The translations under genes were made by a program, and so were the position numbers. From assembly GCA_001244265.2 (NCBI GenBank), contig CDLV01000015.1, positions 434,001 through 498,000 on the forward strand: a stretch of 64,000 nucleotides of DNA. The letters are read 5' to 3'. Below the pieces are notes generated by a model. It did not search any database, had not been told where the DNA came from, and was given only the letters and a program-made list of their open reading frames with translations. Below are positions 12,351-23,386 of the stretch, in pieces; positions within the stretch are counted from its first letter, which is position 1, and every line of letters begins with the position of its first letter. Source of the DNA: Microbotryum violaceum. Its lineage: Eukaryota.

Positions 12351-12810
12351 AACAGATGGCAAATAAGATCGGTGCTGGAAAGGGTGTTCACTGTAAGGGT
12401 ATTTACGTGTGTAATGAAGCATAAGATTGAAAGGAGAGGCATGGCACATGAGTTCCCAAGAGTCGACTTTAGGAACCTCCGCTTGGCATGACGAAGAGAG
12501 CCTGATCTCGCAGGTGCACTTATGTCGAAGTTGCTCCTCAAGATCGTCGAATCTTCAACACGGATCCTACCGCGAGCCCGCTCGTTACGTCATTTGCTGC
12601 TCTCCTTCGGTGCCAATCCCTTTCAAGGATCAAAAGGCCTCAACAAAATCTTCATCCGGTCCGGTTTGAAACCCCCTCCTTCGGAGTTAATGGAATTCAT
12701 TCCGCAGGATTACCCCATCCCTCTTTCTACTGTCTCTAGCCCAAATGCCCCTTCCCTAATACCACGTTACGCCTTCACTCGCTCGTTCCCATCCGCGTCG
12801 TTTCTTGCGT

Positions 12811-13881
12811 TTACTCGAGCCGGGCAGGGAACTTGCCGGCCTCGCGTTGCTCGTCCCACTTGGCAATCTATGTAGTCGTCAATGTCGTTGTGAACGTGCG
12901 TGTGTGTACGTGTGTACGAGTGTGCGAGTTGACGAATAGGTGTTTGGGAGAAATAGGTGGTTGCAGTCGAAGGGGAGATCGTGTCCGAGATGGGATCGGG
13001 GGTAATCGAAGGATGGATCGATGTAAAAACATCCAAGACGGAATGGAAGCAAAGAGCAGAATCACTCGTCAGTTTGGTGCCAGCTCGACCCTGTTACTCC
13101 TGACTGGCCAGTGCCTCTGAACTAACCCATTCGTCTACGCGTTTGAAGGGGGGTTAAATTTGGAAGAGGCAGGAGCAGCGTAGAATCAAAGAGGCACATG
13201 AGCCCGAAAGGAGAGAGAACGAGGATCAGTAACTCTTGCTCGAGGAGAATGCTGCGGCCAGCGCGGGGATGATTTCATATCCGACGATGCTGCTCATGGA
13301 AAGCGACTGACTGGGGCACAACGAGTGGAACGTCCTGTAGAACTGTGAGGGACAAACAGGGATGCCGACGATTAGCACGTGACGGAGGCTGAGCTCGTGG
13401 GATCGTCTTGCGGGGCGGCGCGGGTCGGAAGCACGAGGAACGAAGGAACGATCGATCGCGCGCCTCGCTCGACGGGATTTCATGGGGCAACTTGCCCGCT
13501 TGCAAGGCTCAAAGTCCTCGCCCTTCTTGTTGATGCATCGGTAGTGGTCCTGTACGACGAAGATGACGCAAAGTGAGTGGTCGAGTTGAGCAGAGTAGAG
13601 CGCGGAGGCGTCCGAGTCGGACTCGGGTTCGTCGAGCTCTGACTGACGACGTAGTTTTGGAACTGTTTGGTGGGGTCAGATCGTACAGGCTTAGCTCTCG
13701 ACGTGAAAGATGTGTGTCAGATGCTCGAGCAGACGTACGCAGGCCTTGGACTGGTTGGTGTTGGGGAAACGAGCGTCGAACGGCGCGGTTTGCAACACAA
13801 AGCCCTGCGCGATATAGTGCGGGTGGGGTCAGTCGCGGGGTGGGATCCGGTTCTGGTGAGACTCACTTCGGATTCAGACAT
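12811..13881 (-). CDS. COX12: Cytochrome c oxidase subunit 6B (7 short exons; not recovered as one ORF in the ORF track)
   Basis: Spliced protein MSESE-GFVLQTAPFDARFPNTNQSKAC-FQNYV-DHYRCINKKGEDFEPCKR-FYRTFHSLCP-NEW-IAKWDEQREAGKFPARLE*. Confidence 0.93.
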
Positions 13882-14178
13882 GTTTTACTCAAGCGTGTGC
13901 GGTGGGGAAGGAGGTGAGGCGGTAAAGAGAGAAGCGAGGAGGTGCGGCGGGTGAGCGCGGGCTTTGTACCGGGAGCCTAGGGCAAAGTAATAATGCGCCG
14001 CATTACCCCGGCCGCTATTGGCACGCTAATGACCCATTTCGCGCAGTCTTGCGCGCGCTCCAGGCCCAGCTCAAGCTCGGACGCGAACGCTCGTCGTTCT
14101 CGTTCTGGCTCTTGCACTCGACCTGTAAGCTCAGTCAATACTTTTCACCCAGTCTCAACAGACGGTCCGGTCCCCAAG

Positions 14179-15670
14179 ATGAACTTTCTCAAGGCCGAGA
14201 TCGCCAACAAGAAGCGTGCGCTCGAGCTGGCCCACTCGCAACCGACTAGAACCGATTCGACCTCGACCACGACGACCGACCCTCCCACAGCCAGCACCAG
14301 TGCGAGCACAAGCCATGCAACCAAATACATCCGACGAGGTGATCTGGAACGTATCAGGGCAGAACAGCAACAACGACAAGACTTGCTTCACGCCGCGCTC
14401 AAGGTCGCCCAACTCGAAGTCGATTCGAATCAGACACTCGCCGTCGCCTCCTCCTCCTCCTCATCCACCACCACCACCACCGCCACCACCGCCACCACAG
14501 AACATCTCTCACCACTGACCCACGTGACCGACTCCAGACCCGAAGCGTTCAACATCTCCAACGAGGAAGCCATCAAACGACTGCGCTACAAGGCCCAACC
14601 GATCCGTCTCTTTGGCGAATCCGACAAGGAACGCAGGCTACGGCTCAGGGCGCTCGAGTTGATCGAGGAGAGGTCAGAGGGGCAACGCAACGAGTTCATG
14701 AACGTCATGCACAACGTCGACAAGGATATGAACCTGCAGCAAGTCGCCGACAAAATCATCTCTTCTACCCCCAAAATTGACCACAAGAAATCGACCATGA
14801 CCACCGTCAGAGACGAGGATGGCCCACTACTGCCCGAGGGCGAAAATCGGACAGACAACCTACTCCACCCCAAGGACCAAGACATCATCGTCGACGTATC
14901 GCTCGTCAAATCGAACCCGCACAAGGTGTACCCGCAGATATACCATGCCCTCAAGGTAGGCACACCGTTCCTTCTCACGAGCGCAACTCTCCTCCGAGCT
15001 CACGAGTCTGCCCCTTGCCTACAGCGAGTCCTCAAGGAATGGGAACAATCACTTGCGGATCGACCAGGTTAGTTATCCAATCACCGAACGCCGAATATAC
15101 CCGATCCCTTAACCACTCTTTCCTTCCTGCAGAGGCCGTTCGAAGGAGTACACAAGGTCGTATGGCCGCAGCGACCCAGCAGACCTCGGCCGAGTACCTC
15201 AAACCCCTCTTCAAATCCTTGCGCAAGAGGGTCAGTAGATCCAACAAACCGAAACCAACACATGACCAGGTTACTCACTCCGTCTCCTCTCCTTCACAGG
15301 ACCTGGCCCCGGACGTTCTGCAAGCGATCGCCGAAATCACCTACAACATGCAGATCCGCGAATACTTGCGCGCGAACGACGCCTACCTCCGACTCTCGAT
15401 CGGTAACGCCCCTTGGCCCATCGGCGTCACCATGGTCGGTATTCATGAACGTTCGGGACGAGAAAAAATCTTTAGCAACAACGTTGCGCACGTATTGAAT
15501 GATGAGACGAGTCGAAAGTATATTCAAAGCTTGAAGAGGTTGTTGACGTTCGCGCAGACGGTCAGGCCGCCGAGTGATTTGAGTCAGTGAGTACCGGTTT
15601 CGACAGGCGAAACATTCAATTATGACCAAAGTACTGATTCGCTTTTACTCTTGGCAGGATCATGGGTTGA
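14179..15670 (+). CDS. PRP18: Pre-mRNA splicing factor Prp18
   Basis: PRP4-like motif [16 protein letters not shown]. Prp18 domain [29 protein letters not shown] and [18 protein letters not shown]. Confidence 0.95.
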
Positions 15671-15806
15671 CCTTGTTGCCAAAGTTGTTCTCCTTCAGCC
15701 TCGTCTTTGTTTCTGTTCCGCTGTTGTAATTCAATGATCCTAAACAAGCAAAACACCAAAGGACAATCGCCATCTCGATAACCCAACCTAAGCGTGGAAC
15801 CCCTCC

Positions 15807-17546
15807 TTACAACTGATTCAACACCCCCAACAACCTCTCCCTCTCCCCCTTCTCCAACACCGTCGCATCCAACTTCTTCCTCAAGTCCTCCACCATTCTT
15901 TCCCTCACCTCCCTCTCAACCTGTTCCCTGACCTTACGCGCCTCTTCCTGCGTATACATCGGTGCGTTCGCAGGTAGATCGACTCGGAAAGTTTGTTGAC
16001 TCGGGGGAACGACGGAAGAGGACGAAGCCTTCCTCTTACCCTTGGGGTCCTTGTCTTTGGTCTTGTTCTTCGCCGTCTTCCCATTCATAGTACTCGGCAA
16101 CGTAAGAGGAGGGGAAACCATACTCCACTCCGTATCCAGATACTCATCCCCATCCTCTTCCTCCTCCTGCTCCCCCTCCTCAGAATCATCCGCTACCAAT
16201 TCCCCCAAAAGCGGTGAATCATTCACCGACCTCATCAAGATCGATTCCCCCCTCCGAGGAGCTCGAGCTTGGCCTTGTTGTTGTCCTGATTTCAGTGCTA
16301 GGCCGTGGGGAGTCTGGGGTAGATTGGGGTTGTGGATGAAGGAAGTGGAAGAGGTGGTCGAGGGTCGGAGGCGCCATGTCGTCTCGGGCCGAGTCGAACG
16401 CGCTGTGGCTCGGGTTTGGCGAGGCGCCTATGAAAGAATCAAACGAGGCAGAGGATCAGCTTCGCCGCATACCATGTGACAGAATAGTGAGAAACCCTCA
16501 CCGTCGTCGAAGGTGACCCATGAGCGCTGATTGTCCTCTTTCCCGAAACGGAACGAACACCTTGAGAAGGTGCTTGATGAAGCTTTCGAGAAGACGAGGG
16601 CATGCCCAAACCAAGCGTTGCTACTGCTGAGGTGGACGCTGTCGACCGAGCCTTCTTGATCGAGCCTTGAAGGTTCGTGGATGAGCTAAGATCAGGCCCA
16701 GCGTCGGAACCGAGATGGGTCGGTCGAGTAGGTGAAGTTCCGACGAGACGCTTCCTGTAAGGTGGCATCAAAACAGCTCAGTTTATTGTTCCTAAAACGA
16801 TCTGGGCCCCAGGTGCGAACCCTACCTCTTTCGTCCCCCTTTCTCCGTCGTCGTACCACCACCAAGGTCAGCCCCCGAAGCCGATTGCAATAAAGATTGT
16901 TGCTGAGCGTTCAATTCGTCCAATACGATCGCCCGCAGAGCCTTTTCTAGATCATTTTCGAATTCGTCGATCGCTCGTTCCAAAGGGAGTGCGCGTAACC
17001 TCGGATCGAGTTGAGTGATGGTCGAAGCGATGTGGCGCTTGAACGTATCGAGGCGAGAGCGTTCCTTCTTCTTGAGCGCTCGTTTCTGCGCTTCGGCTGC
17101 AAAGATATGAGACCAACTTATAGTTCTGCTTCTGCTTCCGACCTATAGAAACGCTGCCCTTCTGCCTCACCTTCTAATTGGAAGTTCTCCCACATGGCCA
17201 TCAGATGGATCGACGACAGACCACCGCCTCCGCCTTGCTGAGCCGTCGTCGCTGTCCTCTGAATGGTCGTCGGCGTCTTGCCATTCGACCCGAGCGACTT
17301 GTGTCGACCCAACGGTGTATTCCCAGTCGAATCCCTCAGCGCAGTTACGCCTGCACCCCCGCCGGTGGACGAATTGAGCGCCGAAGAGGACGAGGACGTG
17401 TTGTGTTGAGTGAGCACGACCGTTGCTTTAATCGACGTCGTCGTCATCGTCATTGAACCTGGGTGAGCTTGGTTCTCATCTTCGATAAGAGCCTTCTTGG
17501 ATCGAGATGATTTCGAAGTGCTGCCTTTCTTCTTGAGCATCGCCAT
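15807..17546 (-). CDS. Borealin/Nbl1-like chromosomal passenger protein (putative)
   Basis: The spliced segment WENFQLE-AEAQKRAL...ITQLDPRLRALPLERAIDEFENDL resembles the Nbl1/Borealin N-terminal helix. The remainder is S/T/P-rich and low complexity. Confidence 0.55.
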
Positions 17547-18251
17547 CGTTGTACGTTGGTGGTGTGGAGAGTGGATGGGGGAGGTGGAGCCTAAGGGGAT
17601 GTCAATCAACCTTCGGGCGCGTCTGTCCAAAAAGGGAGGGAGAGCCCGTTTACTGTAAGCGGGGAATTGGGTCACTACGACAGAGGCGGTTTTCGTAATG
17701 GAGCATTTTGATAATAGCCCCGCGCGCGCGCTGAGCCTGTCTGGTCCAGATTCACTCCATCCCAAATATCACGTGCCAGGGGGAACTGAGCTGTCGGCCG
17801 GCCTCCGGGCTGCTCAGCCTCCCCAACTTCCAACTTAGTCGATGCTGGCGACGAGCCAGAGCCACGATGGCCCCGAATCCCTCGAAAAACGATCATCGGC
17901 TTCAAGGCACGGCATCTTCGTAACACCGCCCGTCGAGGATCACCACGCCGGCGGTTGCGCGCGGGAAGTAGATCAGGTTGCTACAAAAGAGGTCAGGATC
18001 CGAGGCGTGCCGGTTCCGGGATTTCCCAAATCGGGATAGAAACTTGAGGCGCACGCGCGGCGGTTTCTATAGAAAAAGAGGGCGTTGACATGGTACAGTG
18101 CAGTTAATGTCCGTTGCAACGAGCGACGTGACTTGACTTATTGGTTCGTGTTGATGACTACGTCCTCGACGTGACTTGCTTCCTTCTCCTCTCTGCATTG
18201 GATCACTCCCCGTAGGCTTTCGCCTGCCACATTGACAACTCGGGCTTCGAA

Positions 18252-20204
18252 ATGATCGCCGTCACCTCGGACAGGAAGCGCACCGTCGCGCGGACATGGA
18301 CGGCTACAATCTTAATCATAGTGCTGGCGAGCGACCTCGTCTCCGCCGCTGATCCTCTCTACAAGAGTAACTCGGGTCAAAAGTCAGTACCACACACCCA
18401 TCCCCATCCATAAGGAACAAAGACCTCTAGCTGATCCGAACCAAGATAAAACTTTTTCCTGGCTCCCCCCTACCCCCTGCAAACAGCTCGGCATATACCC
18501 CCGTCGCGGAGTATAAAAAGTACAGCGAGCACTGTGCAATGAAACAGGTCAGTTCATCCCGCCGGTGGATCGTACAGCAGGCGATGCAATGCTAATCCCT
18601 CTTGCCCCTGGCTAGGTTCACCTCCTGCAGACCCCCGGCGCGCGCCAACCGGCCCCTAATCCCTCAGCGTCGATACAAGCGACGCTAGCCAAAGTCATCA
18701 ACAAGACGCATTACGCAAGGAGTGAGATGGCGTTCCTTGCCAACTACACTTACAATCTCGGCGACGAAGGAAGCTTGATCCCTTTTGGCGCAAGCCAGTG
18801 AGTTTTCACCATCAAGTTGATGACTACGGATCGGATTTCTTTCACCTTAGATGGCTCCTTCGGACAGGGTTGGCATGCTAAACTTGAAATGCTTGGCGTG
18901 GGATGGTTTGTTCTTGTAGGTTGTACGATGCAGGCTCCACCATCGGCAAAAGGTACTGCTCCGGCCCTCTCGGGAAGGTGTTTTGTGGGACACCGTTTTT
19001 GCGCTCCTCGGTGGGTACTCGTTTCGGCATGTCTCTTACCATGGGTTGCTACCAAATCAACGAGACCTAAATTGTGCTCACCATGCGTGGCCCCCCATCT
19101 TGATACTAGTCTTCGACGAGGTTGCGCGAGTCAGCTGGCAATTGGTCCGAAGGTTTCCTATCATCGCAGTATACAAAGAGCCCGATCCAAGCTTCGGTCA
19201 TCGTCTCCGAGACGAGCGACAGCCGCAACACTCTCTCGAACTGCCCCAACTTGGTCAGCATCGTTCTTGATGCGCAGGACGAATGGCGAGCGGTGTGGAC
19301 TCCAGCTGTGGTACAGAGACTGCAGAGCGAGGAGAGCTACGGGTTAAACAGCAAGGTCAGTCCTCAGCCGTAGGAGCAGAAATTTTTCACAGCACATAAT
19401 GCTAACCTCAATATGACTTTGCAGGACGTGCTCAACTTCGCCTACCTGTGTGCCTTTGATTCTTACGCGATTAATGCCACCTCGCCCTTCTGTGGGCTGC
19501 TCAAATCCTTCGAGTGGGCCTACATCGAGTACGACGGTGACCTCGACAAGTATTACGGCAACGCCTACCCTGGTGCACCTTTGTCCCGCTCGCAAGGTAC
19601 AAGTTACGTCAACGAGCTCTCGGCTCGCTTGACCTCGGACCGTTCTTACGTCGACAAGGACACGACCCAAGTCAACCATACGCTCGATTCGGACTCCAAG
19701 ACCTTCCCCCTCGATAAAAAGTTCTACGCCGACGTCGGGTACAACAACCTCATGCTGGCTGTATTCGGGATCCTAGGCTTCTTCCAAGACGATCCCTTGA
19801 GCACAACCTTGCCCTGTCCCATGAGGTCCTTCGTCTCTAGCAAGATGGTGCCTTTTGCCGGACGTATGGTAGTGGAGAGTCTGGATTGCAGTGGAGCGTT
19901 CGAGGGTGGGTATTGGGGCAAGATCTTCAAGGGCCGTACCGATTTTGTTCGTGTGATGGTCAATGATCAGGCGATGGATCTTACTTCGCTTTGCGGTCAG
20001 GTAAGTCGGGTCTTCAATGCGTTTCAAACACTTGAGCGGATCGTTTCAAGTAGCTCACACTATCCGAGCTATCTTTGATGGTCATGACAGTCCAAGGTGA
20101 CCGATAGAGGGACGTACTGCACGCGCTAGGCCTTTGTCGAAGCGCTCACCAAAGCGAACGCAATCGCAGCCAAAGAGTTTGCGGGGTGTGGGTTCGGGAA
20201 ATGA
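18252..20204 (+). CDS. Histidine acid phosphatase/phytase-like paralog A; active-site motifs substituted, premature TAG at 20127
   Basis: Signal-like N-terminus and seven exons colinear with copies B and C. RHGxRxP reads TPGARQP (18631-18651) and HD reads YN (19740-19745). Conserved LCAFD, GDLDKYYG and VPFAGRMVVE are present. Confidence 0.8.
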
Positions 20205-20859
20205 TCGGGCCTTGTCGGGAGAGATAGTCCCATTTGCTTCTCTGCAACAGCGCACGCTGTTTGTATTGTTACTTTGACTATCCCTTTTTTTGTTCTGTGA
20301 GCGAACCACCGGCGATCGACTTCCCATCGAGAGTCTTGGGCCTCAGAAAGCGGTGGCGCAGTCAATGGGTTTCATGAAATTGTGGGCAGGGAACCAATCC
20401 TAGCACAAAAGGGGAGTCGGCGGTGCTTATCAGCCACCACCAAGAATATACTGCCTAGCCCCACATGGATTATTCTGCGTTGATCAGCACTAGAATTGAG
20501 ATTACAAAAGCAAAAGAAAAAGACGGGGAGTACTCGTCCCGAGGCGTGTTCGACTTGTGTTCTTTCTCGATTTGCACAATGCGAGGCGGCTGAGGCGATG
20601 CGGTTACCGAGCTGGGAAGCGCCGGCGCTCGGGCGCGCACGTGCGCTTGGCGGAGACCGCGATCGGCGTGAGCGCTGCCCAAAATGGCATTAATACCATC
20701 CACTGCACTAGAGAAGGCCGACCGCGAGAAGCTTTACAATGCTCGAATGATCGATTGACCAGGCTACGAATTAGCTCAGGGTTTGGTCGTCACATCTTCA
20801 CCTCGTTCTCATCCCCCCCCCCCCCCCGCGCCCCGAACATTCCGAGTGCCATCGATACC

Positions 20860-22784
20860 ATGCTCATCCTCACGTCGCACCGATCAGATCGAACCGGCCG
20901 ATCTGGAGCGAGCAGCACCATCAGAGTCGTGAGCCACGGGCAAATCTACAGCTGCCGCACCTTACATGACCAACTCGGCGCAATAGTGAGTTATTTGGCT
21001 GCTCTAGTAGACAGAGAGATGACGAAGACGACGCTCATGAATCGAGGACCCTGTTCGGCAGTTCTCCTTTCTATCCTGTCGGCGAATACCCATCGCTGTC
21101 CGGCAGCAAGTGCAAAGTGACACAGGTAAGTCGAGCAATCAGATCAGGTTCAATTTTCATACACGTTTGCTTTCTTTTGGATGGCTCGCATAAGCCAATA
21201 TCAATCATGAGTCCTCCTTGGCACCAGGTCAATCTCCTACAGCGCCATGGAGCTCGAGAGCCCACGTCCAGCTCGGGCAAGTCAATCAAGGCTTCTCTCT
21301 CTCGCCAAACTGACCGGCCAGAGCAATTACTTCCGCCCCGAGATGGCCTTCCTTGCCAACTATACCTACAATGTCGGCGAAGATGGTTCTTTGATTGCCT
21401 ATGGAGCTAAAGAGTACCTCATTGCCAGGTCTTAATGTCCGCTCCTTTCGTTACTGATGCCTCCGACCTCCTCACCCGTCGCAAAGGTCGTACGATGCGG
21501 GCAAGCAATTCGCTAAGCGAATGATGTGTAACTCTCTCATGGTCGCGCTCTCTCTTTGCAAACCTTCTCTTTTCGTTCGCGCGTCAGTAAGTCGAACAAC
21601 CACCCGCGCTTCCCCTGTTCGGTGAGACTTGCGCTGTCCGTGGCTGATCATCGAACCAGGGGTCACAACGGCTCATTGACTCGGCCGGCAACTGGTCCCG
21701 CGGGTTCATGGACGCCCAACGGACCGTGATTCCCCAACTGCGAGAAACAGCTACGAATTCACCACAAAAGTGATATTCTCTGAAAACGACGATGCCAACA
21801 ACACTTTGTCCAACAACTGCCCCAATCTCGCGTGTACGGTCCCGACTGCGCAGGAGCAATGGCGAACTGTATGGACACCTGCGGTGCTTCAAAGGCTGCA
21901 GGATACCCAGGACTATAATTTAACATCTTCCGTACGTTTCTCATTATATCGCGTTCCATTTAAAGTGGTTGAATTGACCTAAACACCTGCCCCACTACCA
22001 TCAGGACGTCGTCAATCTGTCGTACCTTTGCGCCTTCGACTCGCTTAAAATCAACTCGACCTCGCCGGTGTGCGGTCTCTTCCGCGACAGCGAGTTCCCA
22101 TACATCGAGTACGACAGTGATCTTGGCAAATACTACGGCAACGCGTACCCTGGCGCCCCACTGGCGCGGTCTCAAGGGGTCGGCTATGTTAATGAGCTCC
22201 TGACGCGCCTCACCTCGGACCGGTCATATGTCGAGAAGGATACGACCCAAGTGAACCACACGATCGATTCCAACTCGGCCCTCTTCCCACTCGACAAGTT
22301 CATCTACGTCGACTTCACCCACGACAATCAATTACTTCCCGTCATGAGCCTGATCGGCCTCTTCCAGGATGCGCCGCTAAGCCCGACCTTGCCTTGCCCT
22401 ATGAGGACCTTCGTCGCGAGCAAGCTGGTCCCCTTTGCCGGCCGCATGGTGGTTGAGCGTCTGAAATGCACTGGATCGTACGAGGATGGCTTCTTCTCCT
22501 TCTTTGGCCGTGACGCCGAGTACGTTAGGATCCTCGTCAATGACCAGATCATGGATCTATCGAGTGTCTGCGGCAAGGTAGGTGAACCTAATATAATTTT
22601 GCCGGACCAGGCGCCACGTTGCTTACTAACCATTTTCGGCATCCGTCTCTCGCTTCACCAACAGGATGAGGTATTGTCAAGTGGCACTGTCTGCCGACTC
22701 GCCGCATTCACGAAGGCAATGGCCAAGGCTACTGCAACTGCGACCAAAGAGTTCGCCAAGTGCGGATTCACACCCAGTGATTAG
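20860..22784 (+). pseudogene. Histidine acid phosphatase/phytase-like paralog B, frameshifted
   Basis: RHGAREP (21243) and FTHDN (22320) are intact. There are frame breaks in the signal-peptide region (about 20930) and in a (CT)n run at 21293-21303. Confidence 0.75.
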
Positions 22785-23386
22785 GCCACCGGGTAATGTT
22801 TTCGTCTCGGAAATGTGCGCCGTCTTGGTCGTTTATTTTGGCCGGTGTAAAACCTGGGAAATTTTTATTCTCCTTGGATCTAATCTGCGCGTTCGAGTCG
22901 GCTGATTTTTGAGTGCTTTTCGAAATTTTGCCACGCGATGTTCTTCGGCACCTCTCAGGTTGACTTGAACTCATGCCCAGTAGTATTGTGAGCGGTTTAC
23001 TTTCTCCAAGTGTATCCAGACATCCCAAACAAAAAACCTAGGAACCGCCTCGACTCGCATCACGCCGACTTCCTTTTGATCAAATCGTCTTCCCAAGGGA
23101 GACAAGGCGGCGCCCCCGGTTTCCAAGATCGGAAGCGATCCGAGGCATACACGCGGCGATCGACCGCGCGAGACTCCCCGATCGGCATGATTTGGCGCAC
23201 TCGGCCGAAGCGATGCTTCGACTCCAAAAAGTTGTTGTACTTGTCTCCGGCAGTGGCCGATGCTGTCGATGAAGTGAAAGGTGTGTTGACCAAAAGTAGA
23301 TTGATGTAAATGCGGCTTGGTCTCCTTCTCCCCACCCCACCATCTCTTCCTTCAAACACAGCTTACCGGCCACTGAGTCTGCGACG

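Noticed and set aside
12400-12790. Possible ncRNA between CDC73 and COX12
   Set aside because: No snRNA, U3, RNase P/MRP or telomerase signature was recognisable; likely 3' UTR or intergenic sequence.
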